From a virus, in IMG/VR virus record IMGVR_UViG_3300045988_076381: a stretch of DNA of 64,000 nt; one strand, 5' to 3'. The notes under the pieces are model-generated. The model saw only the letters and a list, made by a program, of their open reading frames with translations. It did no database searches and had not been told where the DNA came from. The position numbers and the translations under genes were made by a program. Shown here piece after piece: positions 26,787 to 35,680 of the stretch. Each line of letters opens with the position of its first letter. Position 1 is the stretch's first letter.

Positions 26787-27093
26787 AAAGAAAAAGAACA
26801 GGTATAGACCAAATAAGGTCTATCCTGTTAAGGATATGCTAATAATAATGGTGAATGAGGAATTAAGACCTTACAATAAAACAGTAGATGATATAAAGGG
26901 TATTGAAGAATGGTATAATTTATATACTTTTAACACTAAATCTCAAGAAGAAGTTTGGAAAGATTATTGTAATAAATTAATTCGTAGACATTTAACTCCT
27001 TGGTATATAGATAAAAAACATGCGAGAATACAGCTCAGTTGGGTAGCACTACAAGTTGGATTATATCCGAAATATTTAAAATATGAAAATTAG
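26773..27093 (+). CDS. hypothetical protein
   Basis: First ATG of track ORF 26764..27093. Confidence 0.45.
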   Translation: MRKYKKKKNRYRPNKVYPVKDMLIIMVNEELRPYNKTVDDIKGIEEWYNLYTFNTKSQEEVWKDYCNKLIRRHLTPWYIDKKHARIQLSWVALQVGLYPKYLKYEN

Positions 27094-27877
27094 AGTAATA
27101 GGAGATCTTCATGGTAGAGATTGGTGGAAGAGAAAAGTTGAAACTGGAGATTCTGATTTAAATATTTTCTTAGGGGATTATGTTGATTCTTATATTGTTT
27201 CTGATGAAGGAATAATAAATAATTTATTAGATATAATTGAATTTAAGAAAGCATATGAGGATAAAGTAATATTATTATTGGGCAATCATGAATTTAATTA
27301 TATTTCTCCTTATATAGGTTATTGTTCTGGATATAGATATAGTATATCTGATAAACTCCAAGATATTTACAGAACCAATCTGCACTTATTTAAATTAAAT
27401 TACAATATTAAGATATATAATCCAGAAACGGAAAAGATAGATAGAACTTACTGGTTTTCTCATGCCGGAATTACAAGTAAATGGTTATCTTTTTATGGAC
27501 AAATATTTAATAATATTGAGAATGAAAAAGATATAGCTTTTAATCATTTATACTATCCTAATCTCTGCGAAAAGATAAATTTATCTATAGATTCTTATAG
27601 ATATTTATCTCAAGTAATGTCTATATCTATGTGTAGAGGTGGTAGTAATTTCTATGGTGGACCATTATGGTCAGATATGTTAGAATCTAAAAGAGATTTT
27701 CTTAAGTATGATCCAGAAATTCCTTTATATGATGCTCCTGTAATACAATACGTAGGACATACCACAGTAAATCCAGAAGAACAAACAGTTTTCAGAGATA
27801 AAGACTCAAGAAGTGAAATTCATTATTGTGATTTTGGAAATAGTGCAGAATATAATGATATTATAATCGAAGTATGA
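27083..27877 (+). CDS. PPP-family (lambda-like) Ser/Thr protein phosphatase / metallophosphoesterase
   Basis: GDLHGR, GDYVDS and GNHE motifs in canonical order. Confidence 0.8.
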   Translation: MKIRVIGDLHGRDWWKRKVETGDSDLNIFLGDYVDSYIVSDEGIINNLLDIIEFKKAYEDKVILLLGNHEFNYISPYIGYCSGYRYSISDKLQDIYRTNLHLFKLNYNIKIYNPETEKIDRTYWFSHAGITSKWLSFYGQIFNNIENEKDIAFNHLYYPNLCEKINLSIDSYRYLSQVMSISMCRGGSNFYGGPLWSDMLESKRDFLKYDPEIPLYDAPVIQYVGHTTVNPEEQTVFRDKDSRSEIHYCDFGNSAEYNDIIIEV

Positions 27878-27904
27878 AGAATATTTATGTAAATAAAAAT
27901 AATT

Positions 27905-28375
27905 ATGAAAACAGTAACTATTGAAATTCCTGATGATTCAGAACTTATAAAAGAAGGAAATATCTATAAAATTTGTCAGGTAATACCTAAAACTTGGGAA
28001 GAATTTTGTAATAGAACACCTATTAGACGGGAGTATTTTATAGGTTATGATTCAAAAATAAATTTAAGAGAGAATAAAGGCAGAGCTTTTTGTGGGGATA
28101 GAAATTTATATGCATCAGAAGTAGAAGCAGAAGCCACATTAGCTCTTACTCAACTGATAAGGTTACGAAAAGCTTGGGTAGGTGAATGGGATCCAGAGAA
28201 AGCATGCGCGAATATTTATTATATCCAAAGTACGATAGATGGAGAATTAACAGTATCATTTATATCACGTTATGTATACCGTCATACTCTTACGTTCCCA
28301 TCTAAAAGTATGACAACGCAATTTATAGAATGCTTTAGAGATTTATTAAATAGAGCCAATAGATTTTTAGCATGA
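27905..28375 (+). CDS. hypothetical protein (intact paralogue of pseudogene 18149..18622)
   Basis: 156-aa ATG ORF. Confidence 0.55.
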   Translation: MKTVTIEIPDDSELIKEGNIYKICQVIPKTWEEFCNRTPIRREYFIGYDSKINLRENKGRAFCGDRNLYASEVEAEATLALTQLIRLRKAWVGEWDPEKACANIYYIQSTIDGELTVSFISRYVYRHTLTFPSKSMTTQFIECFRDLLNRANRFLA

Positions 28376-28800
28376 GAGATCAGGTTTTATCAATAGATCA
28401 AATGAAACATCTAAAAGACTTAGATATTGATACTAGCGAAGCTACTTTATATTGGACACGTCGTTGTCATGGATGTAAAATTGACGACGATTCTACAGGA
28501 GAGTGGTTTCTTAGTCTACAGAAAGAGTTTCAGGTAATTGGATTTATATCTTATGAAGTGATTCCAACTTTTACCCTCCAAGATTTATTGAATGTTATCC
28601 CTCCCAGGGTATCCTCTAGATCAAATGAAGTATTTTCTCTTAGAATAGAAAGATGTATAGATGAGTGGGGAGTATACTACAGGACTATTGAGGATAGTGA
28701 CGGAAGTAAACTTTTCGCTCCAATTTATGGGGATACGTTACTAGAAGCTGTTTATGAAACGCTTTGTTATCTTGCTGAAAATAATTTACTTAAAAAATAG
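28372..28800 (+). CDS. hypothetical protein
   Basis: 142-aa ATG ORF with ATGA overlap. Confidence 0.55.
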   Translation: MRDQVLSIDQMKHLKDLDIDTSEATLYWTRRCHGCKIDDDSTGEWFLSLQKEFQVIGFISYEVIPTFTLQDLLNVIPPRVSSRSNEVFSLRIERCIDEWGVYYRTIEDSDGSKLFAPIYGDTLLEAVYETLCYLAENNLLKK

Positions 28801-28894
28801 AAATTATGATGAATAAGGACTGATAATATGGGATATATTGAAGACTATATAAAAGGAGGCTATGATAAAGTAATTCTCAGAAGCCGTCTCCTAT

Positions 28895-29155
28895 GTGAAA
28901 GATAATATCAATTGCCCATTTGATAAAATATCCGGATATCCAGAGTATGCAGATACTAAGGAACACTCCGGATATGTATACGTTGAAAAATATACATTAC
29001 ACGGAGATACTTACTATGTAGCAAAAGGACGATCCAATCTCTCCTTAAAAAGAGAAGGTGATAATAGCGAAGATAATTTTCATTGCCTTGTTGATAAAAA
29101 GACAGTATTTAAGCACTGCCATTTCGACTATTTCTACAAATTTATTATCAAATAA
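28895..29155 (+). CDS. hypothetical protein (GTG start, uncertain)
   Basis: 86-aa ORF with no in-frame ATG near the 5' end. Confidence 0.35.
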   Translation: MKDNINCPFDKISGYPEYADTKEHSGYVYVEKYTLHGDTYYVAKGRSNLSLKREGDNSEDNFHCLVDKKTVFKHCHFDYFYKFIIK

Positions 29156-29215
29156 AACATATTAATGACGAAAACAAGAATTTGAACAATTAAAAAACCA
29201 CTAAATATAATTGAG

Positions 29216-29968
29216 ATGAAAAAAGTAAACAAACCAGTTAAAGCATATAAAGGATTTAACAAGCATATGCAATGTACGCTCAATGGGAAAATTTTCCAGT
29301 ACGAAATTGGTAAGGAATATAAAGAAGATAAGGCTGATTTATGTCATTGCGGTTTTCATGCTTACGAGAACCCTCTTGACGTTCTGAGTTATTATAATAA
29401 CATTGATGACAAATTCTGCGAAGTAGAATTAGATAAAATTGATCCAAATAGAAATAAAGATTCGAAAATATGCGGAAAGAAAATAAAGATTGGTATTGAA
29501 ATAGGATTCTTAGGCTTATTTAAAGCGGGAATTGAATGGATTAAAAATAAAACAATATTTACAAAAGAAGATTTTAAAAAATTACCTTCCAGTTATAATG
29601 CTAAGATCAGTTCTTCTGATTATAATGCTAGGATCGGTTCTTTTAGTGATTACGCTCGGATCGGTTCTTCCGGTGAATACGCTCAGATCGGTTCTTCCGG
29701 TGATGGTACTAAGATAGGCTCCTCCGGTAATGGTGCTAAAATCAGTTCTTCTGGTGATGATTGTGTCATAATGTGCGCTGGTATTAATTCATCAGCTAAA
29801 GCAAAAATAGGGTCATGGATTACTCTTGCAGAATGGAAGTATTCAGAAGAAAAACAAAGAGATATCCCATTTTCAGTTGTAACAAAACAAGTAGATGGAA
29901 TTGAGATAAAAGAAGATGTGTACTATACCTTACAAGATGGTAAATTTAAAGAATCAAAACAACACTAA
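29216..29968 (+). CDS. hypothetical protein with an internal 9-aa tandem repeat (beta-solenoid-like)
   Basis: N-terminal KAYKGFNKHMQC...CHCGFHAYENPLDVLSYY, then six xxAxIGSSGxx units. Confidence 0.6.
   Translation: MKKVNKPVKAYKGFNKHMQCTLNGKIFQYEIGKEYKEDKADLCHCGFHAYENPLDVLSYYNNIDDKFCEVELDKIDPNRNKDSKICGKKIKIGIEIGFLGLFKAGIEWIKNKTIFTKEDFKKLPSSYNAKISSSDYNARIGSFSDYARIGSSGEYAQIGSSGDGTKIGSSGNGAKISSSGDDCVIMCAGINSSAKAKIGSWITLAEWKYSEEKQRDIPFSVVTKQVDGIEIKEDVYYTLQDGKFKESKQH
29594..29758 (+). repeat. six tandem 27/30-nt coding repeats
   Basis: Units start at 29594, 29621, 29651, 29678, 29705 and 29732 (for example tacgctcGgatcggttcttccggtgaA / tacgctcAgatcggttcttccggtgaT). Confidence 0.85.
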
Positions 29969-30284
29969 TACCAGACAAAAAGCAAGAATCCGATGAAGTT
30001 GTAAGTATCCATCGGTTCGACATGCTTTCCAGGTATGTGAAAATGATATCATGAACAGGAAGATAAATACATTTAAATGTCTTGTAAACGGCGATATTTC
30101 TTTATCTTGGAATGAGAATAATATTCTTAACTTATAATACTGATAAAAATTTAAAAAAATTGGAGAAATGTATACAGTAAATTTATGTAGATGTCCTTAT
30201 TGTGGATCTTACCACTATGAATTAACAGGTTTTACATTCAGGGCTAATTATAATTACTTTTATTATACTTATATGTAAAGGAGC

Positions 30285-30485
30285 ATGAATAAGTATAATT
30301 TTTTATTGCGTGCAATTTGTTTGTTTCTACTTAGTTACATCTTTGGGGTTTTGGTTTATGGTTATATACACAAAGAAACACCATCCGCTATTGACGTATA
30401 TCGTGGAAGAACGGAATTAGAAATAACTATGATTATTAGAGACTCTACTATAGTTAGTAGAGATAGTATTGTAGTATTTAAATAA
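30285..30485 (+). CDS. small membrane protein
   Basis: 66-aa ORF with an N-terminal hydrophobic helix. Confidence 0.45.
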   Translation: MNKYNFLLRAICLFLLSYIFGVLVYGYIHKETPSAIDVYRGRTELEITMIIRDSTIVSRDSIVVFK

Positions 30486-30492
30486 AACTTTT

Positions 30493-30963
30493 ATGAATGA
30501 TATTGATTATTTAAGGTTGTTCGAAAGCCTTCCTCACTGTGATAGTATGTGTAATATCGTAGAAGATTGGGGTTATGCGCCCAATCTTTATTACTTTGAT
30601 CAGGAATGGCATGTTAGTTGGATCGACAGTGCCGAAGGAGATTGCTTGTGTGATTTTGTAGGAAAATCTCCGGAAGAAGCTATCATTAACGCTCACAGAA
30701 GTATTATTATTACAGATAACTCTATAAAATTCTATAATATATTAATACCAAAAGATGAAAATAACTTAGTAAATGATATTTGGAATACTGAAGAGGAATT
30801 ACCAGAATATCATAAATTACTCTTATGTTTACATAAGAAAGGTAAATTTCTAGCTATATTACAAGAAAATCATTACTTATTCACCGTTCCTGGAAGTCTT
30901 ATATATCATTTTGAGGATATTATAAAATGGGCATATGCTGATGAAATTTTTCCTAAAATATAA
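30493..30963 (+). CDS. hypothetical protein
   Basis: 156-aa ATG ORF. Confidence 0.55.
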   Translation: MNDIDYLRLFESLPHCDSMCNIVEDWGYAPNLYYFDQEWHVSWIDSAEGDCLCDFVGKSPEEAIINAHRSIIITDNSIKFYNILIPKDENNLVNDIWNTEEELPEYHKLLLCLHKKGKFLAILQENHYLFTVPGSLIYHFEDIIKWAYADEIFPKI

Positions 30964-30967
30964 ATCT

Positions 30968-31360
30968 ATGGGTAGAAATATAATTAAAAAGATTTTCTCT
31001 ACTCCTAAATCTCCCAAACCATTAATATATAAAAATATTAAAAATTATATAAAAGAAAAACGTAATTCCAAACACCATTCACAAAAAGAAATATATAACA
31101 TATTAATAAAAGCAAAAGAAGCATACTTAGATTGTATAGAACATAATGGTGTATTAATGGGAATGTGTTATTATATACGAAGTATTCCAGAAGTACTTTA
31201 TTATATCCCAATTGCAGAACAGATTCCAAAATTTAATGAAAAGTTTTTACTTGGAATTTCTGATATACTAATTGGATATTGGTGGCCGCGTACTGATACA
31301 GAATCTAGAATCAAAGCATTTGATAAATTAATTGATTATTATAATCCAAAAGGAGTATAA
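30968..31360 (+). CDS. hypothetical protein, YWW(P/D)-RIKAFDKLI family (short member)
   Basis: ATG at 30968 avoids overlap with the upstream gene. C-terminal GYWWPRTDTESRIKAFDKLIDYY. Confidence 0.55.
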   Translation: MGRNIIKKIFSTPKSPKPLIYKNIKNYIKEKRNSKHHSQKEIYNILIKAKEAYLDCIEHNGVLMGMCYYIRSIPEVLYYIPIAEQIPKFNEKFLLGISDILIGYWWPRTDTESRIKAFDKLIDYYNPKGV

Positions 31361-31389
31361 TAATATAGAAGTAATAATTTATATAAAAT

Positions 31390-31608
31390 ATGTTAAGTAC
31401 ACATGAAATATACAAACTATTTAGATTGCTCTTATCATCGTACAAATGAAGATGATTAGGATATGATGAAGAAACAGAAATATATTGTTATCTATCAGAT
31501 AGATATGTAGGGGTAACAAAGATACGATGGTTAGAGAATGGCTATAGTTATATTAATACTCCTAGTGATTATCCTCTAGGAGATATAAATAAAATTAATG
31601 AAAATTAA
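31390..31608 (+). pseudogene. small ORF interrupted by two in-frame TGA codons (31447, 31453)
   Basis: A single frame reads MLSTHEIYKLFRLLLSSYK*R*LGYDEETEIYCYLSDRYVGVTKIRWLENGYSY.... It loosely resembles the N-terminus of 30493..30963. Confidence 0.4.
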
Positions 31609-31610
31609 AT

Positions 31611-32012
31611 ATGAAGAAACAAGAAAATAATAAATATAAACCATTCAATCTCGAAGAAGCTAAAGCCGGAAGACCTGTTTGTACAAGAAATGGACAAGAA
31701 GTAAGAATTATTTGCTTTGATGCTAAATCAGAGAATTATCCTATAGTAGCTTTAGTTAAAGAAGGATATTCCACACAGGAATATTTATGTGCTTATACCA
31801 ATGAAGGCAAAGTTTGTCGTAACGGTCTTATGCATACCTTAGATCTTGTAATGCCTTTAAAAAAGAAAACAGGATGGATTAATATATATCATGTAGATGG
31901 TGAAGATACTGTATCAGGCATAAAATGTATTTATACAACAGAGAAAGATGCCAGAACAAATGCGATAATAAGCGAAGCTGTTGACACTATCCAGATAGAG
32001 TGGTATGAATAA
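31611..32012 (+). CDS. hypothetical protein
   Basis: 133-aa ATG ORF. Confidence 0.55.
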   Translation: MKKQENNKYKPFNLEEAKAGRPVCTRNGQEVRIICFDAKSENYPIVALVKEGYSTQEYLCAYTNEGKVCRNGLMHTLDLVMPLKKKTGWINIYHVDGEDTVSGIKCIYTTEKDARTNAIISEAVDTIQIEWYE

Positions 32013-32023
32013 AATTAAATATT

Positions 32024-32722
32024 ATGAGTGAACTTAAGGATCGATTATTAAAGCAATTAGAGACAGACTATTCAGAGGATGCCAGAAACTGTCTTAAAAT
32101 ATATGAAACCATTAAAAAGTTAAATGGAGGGAGTATCCCTAGTGATCAATGGATGGTATTATCCAGAGTTCAACATTTAGGAACCCATATAGATCCTACG
32201 AGAGTTTATTCCCCTTCTGAAATAGGTTACATATTCCTAAAAGGATTAGAAAAAGATAACGAGATGAAAGTATTATCAATAACAGAAGTAGAGGCTAGGA
32301 TGATTTATTCAAGTATATCCGGAGAATTTAAGAAAAAGCTTGAAGATATCTTCGGAATAGAGAGACTTACATTGAGTTTCCAGGACCTGGTGAAGACCTA
32401 TGAGGATGCATGTGAAATCACAGGATCAGTTCCTGATATAGAATATGATGACAGGTCTGAATTGGCACGTTTAAAACTGATACAGATCTATAAGGCCTCT
32501 AATATATTGAATGATAATTGGAAGCTTACCCCTCTTGGTACTCAATGTGCATTTTACCCGTCTTTTATGTGGAAGGAAGGTAAACTTGTATGCGGTGATA
32601 TATGTCATACTTTATACGGTGTCTCCTATGATCCTAAATTATGTTGCGGAAAAGAAGATGATGCTTTTTACATAGGAACTCATTTTATTGATCTATATAG
32701 GGATTACTTATTACTAGAGTAA
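32024..32722 (+). CDS. hypothetical protein
   Basis: 232-aa ATG ORF. Confidence 0.55.
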   Translation: MSELKDRLLKQLETDYSEDARNCLKIYETIKKLNGGSIPSDQWMVLSRVQHLGTHIDPTRVYSPSEIGYIFLKGLEKDNEMKVLSITEVEARMIYSSISGEFKKKLEDIFGIERLTLSFQDLVKTYEDACEITGSVPDIEYDDRSELARLKLIQIYKASNILNDNWKLTPLGTQCAFYPSFMWKEGKLVCGDICHTLYGVSYDPKLCCGKEDDAFYIGTHFIDLYRDYLLLE

Positions 32723-32723
32723 A

Positions 32724-32900
32724 ATGGAAATACAGGAAATAAAAATTGATGGGATAACGTATATAGAGAACGAGGACTCAAGAGTATGTAATGATTGTGC
32801 TCTTAAAGATAAAGAAGAATGCTATATCCTTATACAGGGAGATGAAGTCACACTCTGTAATCTATTCTCAGGACATGTACTTAAAATAAAGGAGGATTAA
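32724..32900 (+). CDS. small Cys-containing protein (58 aa)
   Basis: ATG ORF just below the track cutoff; fills the gap exactly. Confidence 0.4.
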   Translation: MEIQEIKIDGITYIENEDSRVCNDCALKDKEECYILIQGDEVTLCNLFSGHVLKIKED

Positions 32901-32902
32901 CT

Positions 32903-33235
32903 ATGTTTCCAATTAATTTTATAATAGCTTTTACAATAATTGTTTTATTTCTTGTTTTTGCTGCTCAAGAACTTCGTGATAGAGATATTAATTCCTATAA
33001 CAAGTATAAAGTTTTAGAGAATGAAAACGGATGTTATGTTGTTAAATATGTAAAATATTATCTCTACGGATTTATTCCTATGTGGAGATGGCTTAAGAAG
33101 AAATGTCCTATTAGCTTGGATGAAGAGGTTGTCGAATTTCAACATAAAGAATTAGCACATAATATTATGTTAGACTACTACGAATTGGCTCGCCATGATT
33201 ATAATATAACTAAGATCAAAAATAAAACACTTTAA
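32903..33235 (+). CDS. membrane-anchored hypothetical protein
   Basis: 110-aa ORF with an N-terminal hydrophobic helix. Confidence 0.5.
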   Translation: MFPINFIIAFTIIVLFLVFAAQELRDRDINSYNKYKVLENENGCYVVKYVKYYLYGFIPMWRWLKKKCPISLDEEVVEFQHKELAHNIMLDYYELARHDYNITKIKNKTL

Positions 33236-33238
33236 CAA

Positions 33239-33481
33239 ATGACAGAAGAACAAATTAGAGATTATAAAATAGCAGCAAGAACAAAAATTGCTCTCTTAAA
33301 CAAACACTCTATAGTTACGGAAAATTTAGACATGGATGGTATATTTACTTCTAATATACTTGATAATTGTAGCAGTTTATCTTATAAGTGTTATACAACG
33401 TATACAGAATTACAAAAAGAAGTTGATGATGCTTTTAAAAAAGCTATTGAAAGAATCACTAATATTATATCTGAAATATAA
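33239..33481 (+). CDS. hypothetical protein
   Basis: 80-aa ATG ORF. Confidence 0.5.
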   Translation: MTEEQIRDYKIAARTKIALLNKHSIVTENLDMDGIFTSNILDNCSSLSYKCYTTYTELQKEVDDAFKKAIERITNIISEI

Positions 33482-33483
33482 AT

Positions 33484-34296
33484 ATGGAAAGTTTACTATA
33501 TTATTCTATTAAATTAATATACGGCTTCTTATATAAAGAGCCTTTAAATTCTATAAAGACATTAGAATTTTTTGATTCACATATAACTAAATCACTATCA
33601 GAAATTAAAGATTTTGATAAATATGCTATGGATTTATGTATTAGAAATCTAATAATATATATGTATAATCCAACTAGTTTATATACAATAGACTGGATAA
33701 ATAATATCGTCCGCTATATACGACATGTAATGGATAATACTGATATCTTAAATATTTTATATAATACAAATAAATCATCAGACTATGATATTTTAGAATC
33801 AAGTTTTCAAGCTAGTTATGAAGATTATATAGATATAACATTACCAGATTCTCAAAAATATGCAATATTTTCTCTATCCGGATTAGGAATAGATAGTGAT
33901 ACATATAACAAATACACTTATAATGAAAAATTTTCGGAATTATTACAAAGAGTGGTATATAGAAGAATTATAAAAATTGATAGACCACAGAAAATTACAT
34001 TAGTAGACATTTTAAAAGATGCAAAAGAACTATATTTAAAAAGTATTAATAATAATATTGAAGTAGGAATGTGTGATTGTATCAAAACTGCTCTAGAATG
34101 TAATCCATTACTTCATATAGGTAGAGGACTTGGTAATTCTTTAGATATAGAACCTCTTTCAATGATTCCGGAGTTTAATCCTGATCATTTTGGAATAAGC
34201 AAAAGATATGATCATTATTGGTGGCCAATAGACGATTATCATTCAAGGATAAAGGCTTTTGATAAATTAATATCTGAATATAGATTAAATAAATAA
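33484..34296 (+). CDS. hypothetical protein, YWW(P/D)-RIKAFDKLI family
   Basis: C-terminal HYWWPIDDYHSRIKAFDKLISEY. Confidence 0.55.
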   Translation: MESLLYYSIKLIYGFLYKEPLNSIKTLEFFDSHITKSLSEIKDFDKYAMDLCIRNLIIYMYNPTSLYTIDWINNIVRYIRHVMDNTDILNILYNTNKSSDYDILESSFQASYEDYIDITLPDSQKYAIFSLSGLGIDSDTYNKYTYNEKFSELLQRVVYRRIIKIDRPQKITLVDILKDAKELYLKSINNNIEVGMCDCIKTALECNPLLHIGRGLGNSLDIEPLSMIPEFNPDHFGISKRYDHYWWPIDDYHSRIKAFDKLISEYRLNK

Positions 34297-34316
34297 CTAA
34301 ATTAGTATTTAAAGAG

Positions 34317-35135
34317 ATGTTACCTATATTATACCAAATTAGATATATTCATAACGTTTGTATGAAATTTCTAAAGGAAGTAAACTTTGATGAGGCTGTA
34401 GATATGTACATAGATGAACGTACTAGATCCACTTGTTTAATTGAAAGAATTAGACTAAATAATTTTCGGAATCTTTTAATGGAAGGTGTAGAAAACTCTA
34501 CAGATTTAAAGGTTTTTTCAAGAAATTGTGTAAAATTTCTTACTAAAGCTTTTAGTAGCTCTGATATAATAGAAGCTTTTACTCATTGTAATGTAAATGG
34601 ATCGTGGGAGGAATTTGAGTATAGTTATAGGATTTGGTATTCGAATATATTAGGATATAATGTTGTAAATCCTGATATATATAATCTTAATTATATACTA
34701 CAAGGAGGAGAGGGGCTTAAAAATTCCTGGAAAGATAATTCCTGTAATTTTAATCTACTGCTCACTTATATAAACAGATATAATCATGAACCTCCTAACT
34801 ATTATCCAAACGAACTAAAAATATCTATTCTAAAAGATGCTAAACGTATTATAAAATTAAAAAGTATATCAGGGTTATGTTTAGCTCTTAAGGCATCTTT
34901 TCAATGTCAACCAAAATTTTACTATCATAATGGTATAAAAGAAATACCAAATCTATCTACAGCATTACAATATTATTTTCCAGAGTTTAATAAGGATAGA
35001 TTTGCTCCGTATTGTACTGATTATAATGGTTACTGGTGGGATCCTGATGATAAAACTTCAAGAATGGAGGTATTATCTACATTAATAGATATATATGAAA
35101 GAAAACTAAATGATGAAAACCCTTTATCATGTTGA
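34317..35135 (+). CDS. hypothetical protein, YWW(P/D)-RIKAFDKLI family (divergent)
   Basis: C-terminal GYWWDPDDKTSRMEVLSTLIDIY. Confidence 0.55.
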   Translation: MLPILYQIRYIHNVCMKFLKEVNFDEAVDMYIDERTRSTCLIERIRLNNFRNLLMEGVENSTDLKVFSRNCVKFLTKAFSSSDIIEAFTHCNVNGSWEEFEYSYRIWYSNILGYNVVNPDIYNLNYILQGGEGLKNSWKDNSCNFNLLLTYINRYNHEPPNYYPNELKISILKDAKRIIKLKSISGLCLALKASFQCQPKFYYHNGIKEIPNLSTALQYYFPEFNKDRFAPYCTDYNGYWWDPDDKTSRMEVLSTLIDIYERKLNDENPLSC

Positions 35136-35180
35136 ATAAGTTTTTATTAGAACACATGAAGGAAAATAACTTATACTTTA

Positions 35181-35190
35181 GGGGGGGGGG
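35181..35190. repeat. G10 homopolymer tract
   Basis: Ten consecutive G in an AT-rich intergenic region, 86 nt upstream of ATG 35276. Confidence 0.95.
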
Positions 35191-35275
35191 ATTTAAGTAA
35201 AAATATAAGATCTCCAGCTATAGAATAATAAATATTGTAACTAAATTAATTATAAACCTTAAATTTATTATATCT

Positions 35276-35596
35276 ATGGCAAAAGAATTTATAACAGAAA
35301 ATGATATATCAAGTGCATTTACACAAGTAAATTCCTCAGACGGGTGTGTTATATTACCTGGAGGTATATGTTTTCAATGGGGAAGTGTAGTTGCTAATAG
35401 TGGTTCTAGGGAAGTAACTGTAAGTTTTAGTAAAACTTTATCTGCTATATATCAAGCATATGTTAGTGTACAACATTATGTAAGCGAGGGAGGTTATATA
35501 GCATATGTAAGAGGATTCTCTACTACAAATTTAACATTATATAAATATGGGTCCACTGCAAATACACTTAGATGGTTTGTTGTGGGGAGAGTTTAA
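35276..35596 (+). CDS. tail-fibre-tip-like (gp53-like C-terminal domain) protein, stand-alone
   Basis: VILPGGICFQWGSVVANSGSREVTVSFSKTLSAIYQAYVS resembles the LPxGxxxQWG...V.F domain found at tail-fibre C-termini, from memory. Confidence 0.45.
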   Translation: MAKEFITENDISSAFTQVNSSDGCVILPGGICFQWGSVVANSGSREVTVSFSKTLSAIYQAYVSVQHYVSEGGYIAYVRGFSTTNLTLYKYGSTANTLRWFVVGRV

Positions 35597-35680
35597 TATT
35601 ATTTAAATAAAACGTATAAAAACTAATTATTCTAATAATTATTTAAATTCTTATTTATAAATGAAAGGATAAAATCTCTA

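Noticed and set aside
28826-29155. Possible frameshift linking a 25-codon ATG ORF (MGYIEDYIKGGYDKVILRSRLLCER) to the GTG-initiated ORF 28895..29155
   Set aside because: No homologue is available to show that the two pieces belong together. A GTG start is an adequate explanation.
29594-29758. CRISPR-like array (regular 27-nt repeats); the same question arose for the 17-nt phased repeats at 7308-7348
   Set aside because: The 27-nt units are contiguous with no spacers and lie in frame inside a protein-coding ORF. The 7308 repeats are too short and too few, and no cas genes are present.
31447-31455. TGA reassignment (alternative genetic code), suggested by the double in-frame TGA
   Set aside because: TGA terminates many well-supported genes here, including numerous ATGA start/stop overlaps. 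Long ORFs are intact under the standard code. None of the tRNAs I folded has a UCA or CUA anticodon.
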